A stretch of DNA of 64,000 bases from Dehalococcoidia bacterium (GCA_963422525.1 OY730226.1:1624524-1688523), one strand, 5' to 3'; counted from the first letter of the stretch, positions 1 to 10,061 are shown. Program-made: numbers and translations. Notes: a model not told the origin generated them from the letters alone.

Positions 1-727
1 TTCGCGCGAGCCGTTAAGTATAAGGTCGTTCAGGGCAAGCGCAGTATGGATGTCGGACGACAGATGCCGCCCGGCAGCGTGGATGCGTTCACCGATGGCG
101 TTCTGCGCCTCTTGCACAACGGGGTGCTCCGGCTTGCCCGGATACCCCATGGACTGAGCTAGGTCGTTCGTGCCCCAGGCGAAGGCGTCTATGCCCTCGA
201 CCTCCAGAATGGCGTCCAGGTTCTCGAACGCAGTCGCCGATTCCAGCTGCGCCATCACCAGCATCTCTTTGTTCGTCAGCTCCATGAACTCGCTGCGGTC
301 AAGGCCCGGCTGGTCAATCAAGCCGCTGTCGTTGTAGAAGGTGCCTCTGCCGCCGCCCCAGCTTCGTTCGCCCTCCGGTGTGAAGCGGCAGGCATCTACG
401 AGCGCTTTTGCCTCTTCCGCAGTCTCCACATGCGGCCCCATAACACCCATGACGCCCCTATCCAGATACAGGTTGATGAAGTTGGGCGAGCGCTCAGGCA
501 CGCGCATAATCGTGGTCAGCCCGTAGCCGTCCGCCACTCGCACCATAGCGTCCACCGACTCTTGCGTGAAGAGGCCGTGTTCGCCGTCGAGGTTCACGAA
601 GTCGAAGCCGCCCAGCATTCCGACCAGTTCGATAGCCTCAGCAGAGGGGAATACGAGGCTCAGCCCCAGCCCCTTCTTGCCTTCACGGTTCTTTTCGAAG
701 ATGTTGTTCTTCCTGATTCGTACCATA
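1..727 (-). CDS. HpcH/HpaI-family 2-keto-3-deoxy-acid aldolase (partial; C-terminus lies beyond window start)
   Basis: Absent from the ORF track because it runs off the window. My reverse-strand translation from the ATG (rc of 725-727, GGAGG about 7 nt upstream) gives MVRIRKNNIFEKNREGKKGLGLSLVFPSAEAIELVGMLGGFDFVNLDGEHGLF...MAQLESATAFENLDAILEVEGIDAFAWGTNDLAQSMG. That layout is typical of HpcH/HpaI aldolases. Confidence 0.75.
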
Positions 728-817
728 TGAGCGCCTCCTTCGGCGGTTTCGGCCTGTTGAATTGAGTGTGTCCTTATGTGTATGTCCTATGCACGCTGCT
801 AACCTTACTCCCGCAAT

Positions 818-1531
818 TTATTCGGCTGGCGGCAGCAGGCTTCTAATCCAAGTCGCGAGCTCATCCAGAACCTGCTGGCTGATTTCGTGCGCCATTTTGT
901 GCTCTTTGTACACTGGTGTGTAGCCTTCCGCCTCTAATAATTCGCGTGTCTCGCGCGCCATTTGCACCGGCAGCATCATATCTGCCGTACCGTGCGCCAC
1001 GAATATGGGCTGCGAGCGGTCGTCCGGCAAGCGCTTCTTCAAAGTGTCCGCGTCCGGCGCGACGCCGCTTAGTACGAACAGTCCCTTGAAGATGTCCGGG
1101 TTCGACAGCCCGTAGAGGTAGGTCATCATGCCGCCTTGAGAAAAGCCGCCGAGAATTATTTGTCCGGGCTCCGTCTTGTATTGAGCCGTTACTTCCTTTA
1201 CAAGCGTTGCGAGCATGTCCACTACGGAATCCACATCATCTGCGCGGCGAAGTTCCTGGGGTATCCTGCGGGGATATGTCCAGCCGTACCCCGTTACACC
1301 TGCTCCTATATCGAACGGGAGCGGCGCATTTGGACAGATATAGACATAACCTCTTGCGTCAATAGAGGGCGCAAGCCCGGCAAGGTCGCCCATATGCGCC
1401 CCAAACCCGTGCAGCAGAATGATCATCGGGTATTTCTTGGTAGAGTCGTAGCCGTCAGGCTCGATTGCCAGATAGCGTAAAGACTTGCCTTCGTGCCGAT
1501 TAGCTTCCAACTCAGTTCTCCCTTTGGTCAT
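818..1531 (-). CDS. alpha/beta hydrolase, phospholipase/carboxylesterase family
   Basis: ORF 818..1588. Contains PMIILLHGFGAH, the GGFSQGG nucleophile elbow and a C-terminal HGTAD...H triad-like pattern. I moved the start to the internal ATG at 1531 (MTKGRTELE) because the upstream 19 codons overlap the neighbouring gene. The start is uncertain. Confidence 0.8.
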   Translation of the reverse strand: MTKGRTELEANRHEGKSLRYLAIEPDGYDSTKKYPMIILLHGFGAHMGDLAGLAPSIDARGYVYICPNAPLPFDIGAGVTGYGWTYPRRIPQELRRADDVDSVVDMLATLVKEVTAQYKTEPGQIILGGFSQGGMMTYLYGLSNPDIFKGLFVLSGVAPDADTLKKRLPDDRSQPIFVAHGTADMMLPVQMARETRELLEAEGYTPVYKEHKMAHEISQQVLDELATWIRSLLPPAE

Positions 1532-2135
1532 ACGCTGGCCGAACCAACTCATACACATCATGCGTATTGCAGTACATATTGCCTGCAAGCCTGCCCACCG
1601 GCTTCAGGCGACTGTGGTCGATTCGATGTCCGTCGATGATGTCGTCGCGTACATGCATTAGCGCAATCTCGCCTATCACCAGCGCCTGCCCCGACGCTTC
1701 ACCGCCAATCGCCACAACCTGGCTCAGGCGGCACTCCATGTTCACGGGCGACTCCACGACGCGGGGCGCGCTCACTATCTCGCACGGCGCCGCAGTCAGC
1801 TCGCTTACTTCGAATTCGTTCACCTCGGCCGGATACTCCGCGGCGGTACTGTTCATTGCGACGGCGATGTCATCTACCACCACATTCACCACGAACTCGC
1901 CCGTCGCCTCGATGTTCGCGAGTGTGTCCTTGTCCTTCCAGCCGGCGCTGCGAGATATGCCTAGCGCTATCGTCGCCGGGTCGTAGGCTATGGCGTTGAA
2001 GAACGAAAACGGCGCGAGGTTGACGACGCCCGTCGCGGAAACGCTGGAAACCAGCGCAATCGGCCTCGGTACTACTACCCCTGTCAGCACACGATTGAAG
2101 CCCTCGAAATCTTTTGGATCTATTCTCAACTGCAT
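1512..2135 (-). CDS. flavin reductase-like (FMN-binding split-barrel) domain protein
   Basis: ORF 1512..2252. The segment FNRVLTGVVVPRPIALVSSVSATGVVNLAPFSFFNAIAYDPATIALGISRS matches the flavin-reductase-like domain pattern. I moved the start to ATG 2135 (MQLRIDPKDFEGF), which is preceded by GGGAGA. Confidence 0.75.
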   Translation of the reverse strand: MQLRIDPKDFEGFNRVLTGVVVPRPIALVSSVSATGVVNLAPFSFFNAIAYDPATIALGISRSAGWKDKDTLANIEATGEFVVNVVVDDIAVAMNSTAAEYPAEVNEFEVSELTAAPCEIVSAPRVVESPVNMECRLSQVVAIGGEASGQALVIGEIALMHVRDDIIDGHRIDHSRLKPVGRLAGNMYCNTHDVYELVRPAYDQREN

Positions 2136-2301
2136 TCTCCCTACCAGTAAGTCGGTCAAAGGGTAATACCGAGCGGCATTAATGGCAAGTGCGTTGACTT
2201 GAACGGATGCGCAACCATACACTAGAAGCCGCAAATTGCAATCTATACGCAACCATGTTCAGGCATATCACGCGCCTTGAACCGACACTTATAGAGGTAA
2301 C

Positions 2302-3084
2302 TTGATGAGCAGACTTATCGACTTGCTGGACAAGACGCAATCAACTTCGACCGCGCTCGGCTTTGCGGCATCGCGCCAGGCGGCTGGCAGTCCCGCCATT
2401 GCGCTTATAGGACGTGTTACGGCCGCTGAATTGGCGGAAGAAGCGGGTCTCGTCGAATCGCCCGTGGACGCATTGTTGGTAACGCTTGATGCCTCCGACA
2501 GCGCCGCAGTCGCCCGCGTCAGCGCTGCCCTGAGCGACAGGCTGTGGGGCGCGCGGGTTGGCAGCGTCAGCGCCGAAGACGCTCATGCGCTTAAGGATGC
2601 GGGCTGTGACTTCATCGTGTTCGATGCTGAGGGCACCGCCGCCGCCGTCCTGAACGACGATGCGCTTGGCAAAGTCATCGCCGTTGGGTTCGATGACCCG
2701 GACTTCGACGAAAAAGAGGGGAGGGCAATCCGCACGCTCGACATAGATTGCGCCCTTTTTACCCTGACCGACAGCCTGACGCCTCTCACGGTGCAGAAAC
2801 TGCTGAGCATCCAAGCGATGCGCGCCATGGTCGGCAGGCGTTCCATTCTGACGGCGCCCGCTGATCTTGGCAAGCCCGAACTCGAAACGCTGCGCAACGC
2901 CGGTGTCTTGGGCATTGGCATAAGCCTTGCCGCCGCAGATGACATTCAGCGCATCAAAGATGACATCGCAAGCCTGCCACGCCGCAGGACGCAGCGCAGC
3001 GGCGCCAGAAGATCCTCCGTCCCCAACCTAGGGTTTGGCAGCGACTCATCGCAAACCGATGACGACTACGACGATTACGAGTAA
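2302..3084 (+). CDS. hypothetical protein with an acidic C-terminal tail (SQTDDDYDDYE)
   Basis: Long ORF in a gap not explained by neighbouring genes. TTG at 2302 or ATG at 2305 could be the start. I recognise no family motif. Confidence 0.5.
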   Translation: MMSRLIDLLDKTQSTSTALGFAASRQAAGSPAIALIGRVTAAELAEEAGLVESPVDALLVTLDASDSAAVARVSAALSDRLWGARVGSVSAEDAHALKDAGCDFIVFDAEGTAAAVLNDDALGKVIAVGFDDPDFDEKEGRAIRTLDIDCALFTLTDSLTPLTVQKLLSIQAMRAMVGRRSILTAPADLGKPELETLRNAGVLGIGISLAAADDIQRIKDDIASLPRRRTQRSGARRSSVPNLGFGSDSSQTDDDYDDYE

Positions 3085-3105
3085 GGGGGCTAGGCGCTGT
3101 GTACC

Positions 3106-3840
3106 CTACAGCCCCAGGGCAAGTCGCTCGACTAGGTAGTCGGGCAGCCCGTTGCGACGCATCTTCTTTTGCGTCGCCGCTATGTCGTAGGCGACGCGGT
3201 GATGCATAATCGTCCCAGCCGCGTCGTCGTAGATTGCGTAGCTCGCCCTCGAATCGCCGTCGCGTGGCTGGCCTACTGAGCCGGGATTGACTATGAGCGC
3301 GCCGCTGTCTAGCTGAACAAGCCTGTCCGGTGGGAATGCGAGGAATGCCGCCCCTGCTGTTCCCTCCGGCACGCACAGGAACGGCGTGTGCGAATGTCCC
3401 ACTAGACACCAGTATGTGTCTATGTGCGTAAAGCAGGCTATGGCGGCGTCCACCGTCACCAGATACTCCCATATCGGGTTGCGCGGGCTTCCGTGCGCCA
3501 GCGTGAATTCGTCCAGCTCGAGCGTCATCGGAAATTCGCCGATGTAGTCAGCCTGCTCCCGTGTAAGCTGCGCTGCCGTCCAGCGATTAGCAGCCGCAGC
3601 GTATGGATTGAACTGCTCCAGTGACAGTCTGCCGACTGCGGCAAGGTCGTGATTGCCTACGACGGCGTTGTGCTTATATGCGCGAAGCAGCTCCACACAT
3701 TCGGATGGACTCGGCCCGTAGCCTACAAGGTCGCCCAGCGACCATATCTCATTGAAGCTGCCGCGCGCCTGTGCATCCGCAATCACGGCGCTAAACGCCT
3801 CCATATTGCTATGAATATCTGACACTATCAGGGCGCGCAT
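3106..3840 (-). CDS. metallophosphoesterase (calcineurin-like, YfcE/MJ0936-type)
   Basis: Contains MRALIVSDIHSN, GDLVGYGP, VVGNHD and GHSH motifs. I moved the start to the internal ATG at 3840. Confidence 0.8.
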   Translation of the reverse strand: MRALIVSDIHSNMEAFSAVIADAQARGSFNEIWSLGDLVGYGPSPSECVELLRAYKHNAVVGNHDLAAVGRLSLEQFNPYAAAANRWTAAQLTREQADYIGEFPMTLELDEFTLAHGSPRNPIWEYLVTVDAAIACFTHIDTYWCLVGHSHTPFLCVPEGTAGAAFLAFPPDRLVQLDSGALIVNPGSVGQPRDGDSRASYAIYDDAAGTIMHHRVAYDIAATQKKMRRNGLPDYLVERLALGL

Positions 3841-4019
3841 TTGTCCAATCCTGCCATTCCTGCGCATCCAAGCGGACTACGCAATCGCTTACCAGCGCCG
3901 ACTGCATTCTGGTATCCTGTTCTGAGTGCTTTCGCGCAAAGTGTGAGCATTGCCGAAGTTGCCATGCGAATAACATCATACACCTCAGCCTAGACATTGG
4001 CAGACTAGACCGATACGCC

Positions 4020-4553
4020 GTGAACTCCTATCGTCAGCATATCGTCACACTGACAACTCTCTGCCCTGAGCAGACCCAAGACATCGGCAGGCTGTTGGGC
4101 AGCAACGCCCGCGCAGGCGATGTATTCCTGCTCACGGGCGAGCTTGGCGCCGGCAAGACATGTCTCGCTCAGGGTATCCTGTGGGGACTTGAAGGCGACG
4201 AGTACGCCCGCAGCCCGACTTTCGTGCTCATATGCGAGTATTATGCGCGCCTTACGCTCTATCATATGGATCTATATCGCCTTGACAGCATCGAAGAGAT
4301 TATAGACTTAGGGATTGATGACTATATCCTCGGCGACGGCGTGTGTGTTGTGGAATGGGCGGAAAAGGGACTTGACGCGTTCCCCGGCGAGCGCATGCGC
4401 GTTCGCATCGAGGACACCGGCGGCGAAACTCGCGCGCTCACCTTCACTGCCGAGTCGCCACGATACTCCGAGATGCTGAACGCGCTGAGAGCGCAGTTCG
4501 CTGATAGTCCCGACGTGCACGAACTGCCGGCCGTGACCGACGAGGCGCAATGA
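4020..4553 (+). CDS. tsaE: tRNA t6A37 threonylcarbamoyltransferase complex ATPase subunit TsaE
   Basis: P-loop GELGAGKT followed by the SPTF...Y..LYHMDLYR pattern. The stop overlaps the tsaB start (ATGA at 4550). Confidence 0.85.
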   Translation: MNSYRQHIVTLTTLCPEQTQDIGRLLGSNARAGDVFLLTGELGAGKTCLAQGILWGLEGDEYARSPTFVLICEYYARLTLYHMDLYRLDSIEEIIDLGIDDYILGDGVCVVEWAEKGLDAFPGERMRVRIEDTGGETRALTFTAESPRYSEMLNALRAQFADSPDVHELPAVTDEAQ

Positions 4554-5230
4554 TGGATCTTGCAATAGACACATCCACTCGCTTCGCCACCGTTGGCTTG
4601 TCCAGCCATGGCGAAAGCGTCGTTGAGCTAGCTTGGAGATCAGAGCGCAACCACTCGGTTGAACTTGTGCCGTCCATACGTCTGCTGCTTAAGCGCGAAA
4701 GCATAGGCGTTAGCCAGCTCGAATCTATCTACATCGCGTCAGGCCCCGGCAGTTTCAGCGCCCTGCGGGTGGGAATGAGCGTAGCTAAAGCGATGGCGGC
4801 TTCACTCGGCGCGCCACTGGTCGCAGTTGGCACGCTGGATATAGAGGCGCAGCCGTATCACGGTCTAGACAGTCCGGTTTGCGCTCTCATCGGGGCTGGA
4901 CGGCGGCGTCTGTATCTTGGCGACTTCAGCAACGTCTCGCAGCCCACTTACCGAGTGGTTGAACACAGCGAACTGGCTGCTGTGGCGCCGTCCGATGCGC
5001 TCTTCTGTGGCGAAGGAGCGTCGTTGGTGGAAGAGTTTATACGCAGCGCATTTGGCGCAGACGCAAAGATTTCGGCAGCGCCTTCACCTACGCGGCGCGC
5101 GGGCGTTCTGGCTTCCCTTGGATATGAGATGCTGCGACAAGGCCGAACCGCTGACGCGATGAGCCTTGAACCGATGTACTTACGCAGTTCGCAGGTGAGC
5201 ACGGCAAACAGAACTTGGCGAAACAGATGA
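4550..5230 (+). CDS. tsaB: tRNA t6A37 threonylcarbamoyltransferase complex dimerization subunit TsaB
   Basis: N-terminus LAIDTST...VGL and the [19 protein letters not shown] motif. Translationally coupled to tsaE. Confidence 0.85.
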   Translation: MMDLAIDTSTRFATVGLSSHGESVVELAWRSERNHSVELVPSIRLLLKRESIGVSQLESIYIASGPGSFSALRVGMSVAKAMAASLGAPLVAVGTLDIEAQPYHGLDSPVCALIGAGRRRLYLGDFSNVSQPTYRVVEHSELAAVAPSDALFCGEGASLVEEFIRSAFGADAKISAAPSPTRRAGVLASLGYEMLRQGRTADAMSLEPMYLRSSQVSTANRTWRNR

Positions 5231-5249
5231 AACAGGAGCGTTAACGCAA

Positions 5250-5702
5250 ATGCAGAGAACCTTGGTCCTGATAAAGCCCGATGCTGTGCAGCGTGGGCTG
5301 TCCGGCGAAATTATTGCTCGTATCGAGCGGCGCGGGCTGAAGCTCGCCGCGATGAAGCTGATGCAAGTTACTCCCGATCTTGCGCGCCGACACTACGCTG
5401 CGCATGTCGATAAGCCGTTCTTCAATGCGCTGGAGAAGTTCATCACCTCGTCGCCACTGATAGCCATTGTGGTGGAGGGGGAGAATGCCGTGGATGTGGT
5501 GCGAACCACGATGGGGGCGACCAATCCGGTCGTAGCGACGCCGGGCACCATACGCGGCGACTTCGGCTTGACCATCGGAATGAACCTGATTCACGGTTCA
5601 GACTCGCCCGAGTCGGCGGCGACCGAGTTGGCTCTGTTCTTCGCGGACGGTGAGATAATCGACTATCAGCGTGACATCGACGGCTGGATTATAGAATCCT
5701 AA
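5250..5702 (+). CDS. ndk: nucleoside-diphosphate kinase
   Basis: [17 protein letters not shown]...NLIHGSDS, the canonical Ndk sequence including the active-site His. Confidence 0.95.
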   Translation: MQRTLVLIKPDAVQRGLSGEIIARIERRGLKLAAMKLMQVTPDLARRHYAAHVDKPFFNALEKFITSSPLIAIVVEGENAVDVVRTTMGATNPVVATPGTIRGDFGLTIGMNLIHGSDSPESAATELALFFADGEIIDYQRDIDGWIIES

Positions 5703-6057
5703 CCATCTCCGTAGCCTCAGCCCATGCGGATTCCAGGTCATAGAATTGCCGCTCGTCCGTCCCGAAGATGTGGATGACCACATCGCCAAAGTCCAGCAGC
5801 ATCCAGCCGGATTCGGGCGTGCCCTCGCGGTGGTGACGCTGGCAGCCCTTACTCTCTAGCGCGTGCTCTATGTCCTCGACGAGCGCGCGCATCTGCCGAG
5901 TGGACTCCACCGTCACAATCACGAAATAGTCCGCGAAGTCGCTCACATCGCCGATGTTCAGCATCACGATGTCCGAAGCCAACTTGTCGGAAGCGACATC
6001 GGCCGCATAGCGCGCATAGTCCAGTGGCTGCAAGGCAATCTGCTCTGTCATGCTCAT
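5689..6057 (-). CDS. rsfS: ribosome silencing factor RsfS (iojap-like)
   Basis: [35 protein letters not shown]...[15 protein letters not shown] matches the RsfS pattern. Confidence 0.9.
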   Translation of the reverse strand: MSMTEQIALQPLDYARYAADVASDKLASDIVMLNIGDVSDFADYFVIVTVESTRQMRALVEDIEHALESKGCQRHHREGTPESGWMLLDFGDVVIHIFGTDERQFYDLESAWAEATEMVRIL

Positions 6058-6302
6058 ATTATAGATTTACAACTCGCCTAAGGTCAACGCACATCCACGC
6101 AGAGCAAAGGGCCTCAATATGGCAATCTCTGTTAGTCTGCTAAATGCCCACGACGCTAATTCCGAGTTGACTATGTGTATTGGACAATCCCCGGATATCC
6201 AATGCATTGCGCCAACGCCGCCTAAGTAGTATCCTTTGCCGTGCAAATCCAATAACTGGATGTCGGAAACTCCGTCGCTCCATATGCGACTGAAAGGCGC
6301 TC

Positions 6303-6548
6303 ATGGCAATACTTGGATACATCGACAACCCAATCCCCTGGGCAATCGTCGGCTTCGCCATCGGCGCTGCGCTTGGCGTCAACTTCATCTCCGTCGCGCT
6401 TGTCGCCGCCGGCCTCGGCGCCTTCATCCTATACCTCTTCTTGCATGGCCCCGCAAAGCCTGACACCGAAGGCAAGCTTTTCGCCGCCGCTCCCGTCTTC
6501 ATCGTAGCCTGGATGGTCGGCTTTGTGGTCCACAATCTGGCGCTGTGA
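6303..6548 (+). CDS. small integral membrane protein (about 3 predicted TM helices), hypothetical
   Basis: 81-aa hydrophobic ORF. Its stop overlaps the lutA start. No family recognised. Confidence 0.45.
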   Translation: MAILGYIDNPIPWAIVGFAIGAALGVNFISVALVAAGLGAFILYLFLHGPAKPDTEGKLFAAAPVFIVAWMVGFVVHNLAL

Positions 6549-7314
6549 TGAGAGCTGCCCCCATTTCCGCAAACGCCTCCCTCTTCGTAACCTGCATCAT
6601 TGATCAGCTCTACCCCGAAGTCGGTGAGAGCGCCGTCAGCTTACTGCGGCGTCTCGGCGTTAACCTCGACTTCCCCGGCGCACAGACCTGCTGCGGACAG
6701 CCCGCATTCAACGCCGGCTTCTGGAGCGACGCCAAGCCGTTAGCCCGCCGCTCCATCGATCTTTTCCAGTCTGACCGCTATGTCGTCGTCCCATCCGGCT
6801 CATGCGCCAGCATGATGCGCGTCTTCTATGCCGAGCTGTTCCATGACGAGCCACCCATGCGCGCATTGCGTCCCTCGCCGCCCGAACCTTCGAACTTTCT
6901 GATTTCATCGTCGATATACTCGACATCACTGACCTCAGCATGTATGTGGATGCAGACCCCACCGCACCCAAACGCAAAATTACCTGTCGCGAAGGATGCC
7001 ACCTGCGACGTGAGCTCGGCGTCCTGACTCAGCCCCGCACCCTCATTAACTCGCTCCCCGGCATCGATCTCGTTGAGATGGAGCAGTCCGAAGTCTGTTG
7101 CGGCTTCGGCGGCACATTCTAGGTCAAGTACCCCGAAATATCGGGCGCGATGCTCGCCGACAAGCTCGACTTCGCCGCCAACACCGACGCCGACGCCATC
7201 GCCGCCTGCGACAGCAGCTGCCTAATGCACATCGGCGGCGGCCTCCATAAGCAAGGCATCAATATCAAGCCACTCCACATAGCCCAACTTCTAGACGAGG
7301 CGATACAGGCATAA
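6545..7314 (+). pseudogene. lutA: lactate utilisation protein LutA ((Fe-S)-binding CCG-domain oxidoreductase), disrupted by one frameshift and one in-frame TAG
   Basis: The N-terminal part (6545 frame) reads LFVTCIIDQLYPEVGESAV...QTCCGQPAFNAGF...VVPSGSCASMM. Homology continues in another frame from about 6850-6870 (IASLAARTFELSDFIVDIL...EVCCGFGGTF). A TAG at 7120-7122 sits where LutA homologs have Ser (GGTF-S-VK). The same frame then continues VKYPEISGAMLADK...SSCLMHIGGGL...HIAQLL to a TAA at 7312-7314. Confidence 0.8.
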
Positions 7315-7357
7315 CAACCTGACCGGCTAATACACCAATATACTAACGGACTTGTTA

Positions 7358-8773
7358 ATGCAATCCAAAACAAGAAATTTCAACGAAGCGGCAAGAGCCG
7401 CTCTCAAGGACGAAAAAAATCCAAGCTAACTTGCTCGGACTATACGGCGGTTTTCATCAGGCGCGATTAGACGCCTCCGGCGCAACCCCCAACTGGGAAG
7501 ACCTCCAGACCCGCGGCCGCGCAATCAAGGCGCACACCATCGAAAACCTCGACATATACCTCCGCATGGTCGAAGAGAATGTTCGCAAGGCAGGGGGCAA
7601 AGTTTTCTTCGCCAAAAACTCCGATGAAGCGACCCGCTATGTAACCGACCTCGCTCAATCCAAAGGCGTCAAGACCGTCGTTAAGAGCAAGTCCATGGTC
7701 TCCGAAGAGATGGCGCTGAACGAACGCCTCGAAGATGTCGGCATCGAATCGGTTGAGACCGATCTCGGCGAGTACATCATCCAGCTCGCCGGCGAAGCCC
7801 CTTCCACATCATCGCGCCCGCCATCCACAAGTCCCGCGAAGATGTCTCCGACCTTTTCGAAGACAAGCTGAACTCGCCTCGCTACACTGACATCAACGAC
7901 CTCACCCAAGAGGCGCGCATGCAGCTTCGCCAGAAGTTCATCTCCGCCGATATGCGCATCACGGGCGCGAATTTCATAGTCGCCGAGACCGGCACACTGG
8001 CGCTCGTAACCAACGAGGGCAACGGCCGAATGTGCACCTCGATGCCTCGCATACATGTCGCCATCACTGGCATGGAGAAGGTCGTCCCCTCCCTGGAAGA
8101 TATGGGAATCATGCTGCGCCTCCTCATCCGCCCTGCTATAGGACAGCGCATCTCCAGCTATGTAACCACCGTAACGGGACCCCGCCTCTCTGAAGACGAG
8201 GACGGCTCCGAAGAGTTTCACCTCGTCATCGTGGACAATGGTCGCTCTCGCCTACTCGCCGACCCCCAACTGCGTGAAGCCCTCTACTGCATCCGCTGCG
8301 GAGCCTGCCTCAACGCCTGTCCCGTCTATCGCAAGGTCGGCGGCCACTCTTATGGCTGGGTATATCCTGGCCCCATCGGCGCTATCGTCTTCCCCATGCT
8401 CACCAACCTGTCCGACGCCAAAGACCTGCCGTACGCCAGCAGCCTGTGCGGCGCTTGCAAGGAAGCCTGCCCCGTCAAGATAAACCTGCCGCGCATGCTG
8501 CTCTACTTGCGCCACCAGCTCACCGAAGGCGATACCTATCCCGAACACAAAACCGCCGCATTCCACGAGCGTATCGCCATGAAAGCCTGGCGCATCGCTC
8601 TCTCTACTCCCTTCACTATGAGCATCGCCAATACCATCGGCAGGCTCATCCAGCCCCTCCTGTCGGATGCCACGCAATCTGCCAAGTCATCATCCCCTTT
8701 GACCGCCTGGACCCGCCATCGCACTCTGCCCAAATTAGCCGCGCATCCGTTCCGTAAACGCTGGAAATCATGA
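7358..8773 (+). pseudogene. lutB: lactate utilisation protein LutB (4Fe-4S / LUD-domain), disrupted by two frameshifts
   Basis: ATG 7358 gives MQSKTRNFNEAARAALKDEK and then a stop. Removing one A from the A7 run (7413-7419) restores DEKIQANLLGLYGG, joining ORF 7431..7871. A second shift at about 7803-7806 turns GEAPSHIIAPAIHKSREDV into GEAPSTSSRPP. ORF 7919..8773 carries the rest (CIRCGACLNACPVY, SSLCGACKEACPV, C-terminal WT..R.LP...FRKRW). Confidence 0.8.
8528..8668 (+). repeat. copy 1 of a 141-bp duplicated segment (native lutB 3' coding region)
   Basis: Aligns without gaps to 8800..8940. I counted 15 mismatches in 141 nt. Confidence 0.9.
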
Positions 8774-8799
8774 TATAGTGCCATATCATCAAGTCGATA

Positions 8800-8940
8800 G
8801 GCGATACCTATCCCGAACACAAAACCGCCACATTCCGCGAGCGTATCGCCATGAAAACCTGGCGCATCGCCCTCTCTATGCCCTTCACCATGAGGAACGT
8901 CAATACCATCGGCAGGCTTATCCAGTGCCTCCTGCCGGAG
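8800..8940 (+). repeat. copy 2 of the duplicated lutB segment, forming the 5' part of the HNH ORF
   Basis: Encodes GDTYPEHKTATFRERIAMKTWRIALSMPFTMRNVNTIGRLIQCLL, against GDTYPEHKTAAFHERIAMKAWRIALSTPFTMSIANTIGRLIQPLL in lutB. Confidence 0.9.
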
Positions 8941-9303
8941 CCTCATTTCCGTCAGCGCCCGCGCGAAACCGGCGATGAGATATGGCAGGCCTTTGTTGAT
9001 GAGTGGGGAACGAAGTGCTGGTATTGCGGTGCGGATAAACCCGGCAATCGCCGCGAGCTTCAACTTGACCATATCGAATCCAACAAACGCGACGGCACAA
9101 ACGACGACTGCTTCAACCGCGCCCTCGCTTGCGCGCCCTGCAACGGCGACAAGAGCGACCGCCTAAGCGTCGAAGAAACCATAGACCTCGCGCTTCAAGA
9201 TGGACGCATAGCGACACCCGCGCTGCGTGATGAAATTATGGAAGGCTTTGAACGCCGCCATCGGTGGGCAATGGACAGGTGGGAGCGCATCAACCCCAAC
9301 TAA
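8851..9303 (+). CDS. HNH endonuclease whose N-terminal 30 residues derive from a lutB duplicate
   Basis: CWYCG...ELQLDHIESNKRDG...NRALACAPCNGDKSD is a CxxC...DH...N...CxxCN HNH core. All in-frame ATGs (8851, 8878, 8890) lie inside the duplicated segment. Confidence 0.8.
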   Translation: MKTWRIALSMPFTMRNVNTIGRLIQCLLPEPHFRQRPRETGDEIWQAFVDEWGTKCWYCGADKPGNRRELQLDHIESNKRDGTNDDCFNRALACAPCNGDKSDRLSVEETIDLALQDGRIATPALRDEIMEGFERRHRWAMDRWERINPN

Positions 9304-9320
9304 ATGGACAAATAGCCATC

Positions 9321-10061
9321 ATGAAAACCGAAGAGTTCCTATCCAACATATCCCGAAACTTAGGTCGAGGCGCCGCGCCACCCCTCACGCCTGACGCCGC
9401 GACGCATCTCGCACTGAACGCGGAGCAGGTTGAGATACGCGCCCAGCGTGTCGCCAACGACATCGCAGCGCGCGCCGATGAGCTCATGACCCTGCTGGAG
9501 CAGACCGCATCCGAAGCCGCCTGGAGCGTGTTTCGCACTCAATCACTCCAAGAAGCCGCCCAATACATCCGACAGGTAGCGCAGGATGTGGAAGCGCGCG
9601 CCATGCTGCGTTCAACACACTCCGCGCTAGATGCTCTGAACATAGAAGCCGCCATGTTCGACACGGGCATAACACTGGAAGTTATGGCGCTTGGCGATGA
9701 CGAGAATGAAGCAAAAGAAGCCCGATCACAACTGCGTGAGAAAGCGATCTCGGCGGACATCGGTATAACCGGCGTGGACTACGCCATCGCAGAGACCGGC
9801 TCGTGTGTACTGCTGCCCCGCAAAGGCGTGAGCCGCGTCGTGTCTTTGCTGCCGCCTATTCACATTGCAGTCGTCGAGTCCGGCCAGGTGCTTCCGAGCC
9901 TAGATGAGCTTTTCACGCTGCGAAGGCAGGAGTTCCTGCACGGCAACCTCGGCAGCTATATGAACCTCATCAGCGGCCCCAGCCGCTCCGCCGACATCGA
10001 GTATCAGCTTGTTACGGGCGTCCACGGCCCAGGTGAAGTCCACATGGTGATGCTAGGATGA
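9321..10061 (+). CDS. lutC: lactate utilisation protein LutC (LUD domain)
   Basis: MKTEEFLSNISRNLGR..., GITGVDYAIAETGS and SGPSRSADIEYQLVTGVHGPGEVHMVML. I placed the start at ATG 9321 rather than the track start at 9264, which overlaps the HNH gene. Confidence 0.85.
   Translation: MKTEEFLSNISRNLGRGAAPPLTPDAATHLALNAEQVEIRAQRVANDIAARADELMTLLEQTASEAAWSVFRTQSLQEAAQYIRQVAQDVEARAMLRSTHSALDALNIEAAMFDTGITLEVMALGDDENEAKEARSQLREKAISADIGITGVDYAIAETGSCVLLPRKGVSRVVSLLPPIHIAVVESGQVLPSLDELFTLRRQEFLHGNLGSYMNLISGPSRSADIEYQLVTGVHGPGEVHMVMLG

Noticed and set aside
7120-7122. An in-frame TAG in lutA that could be a recoded codon (pyrrolysine or readthrough).
   Set aside because: It replaces a conserved Ser. 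It is accompanied by three frameshifts in the same operon. No pyl genes or recoding signals are visible in the window. A nonsense mutation or a sequencing error is the simpler explanation.
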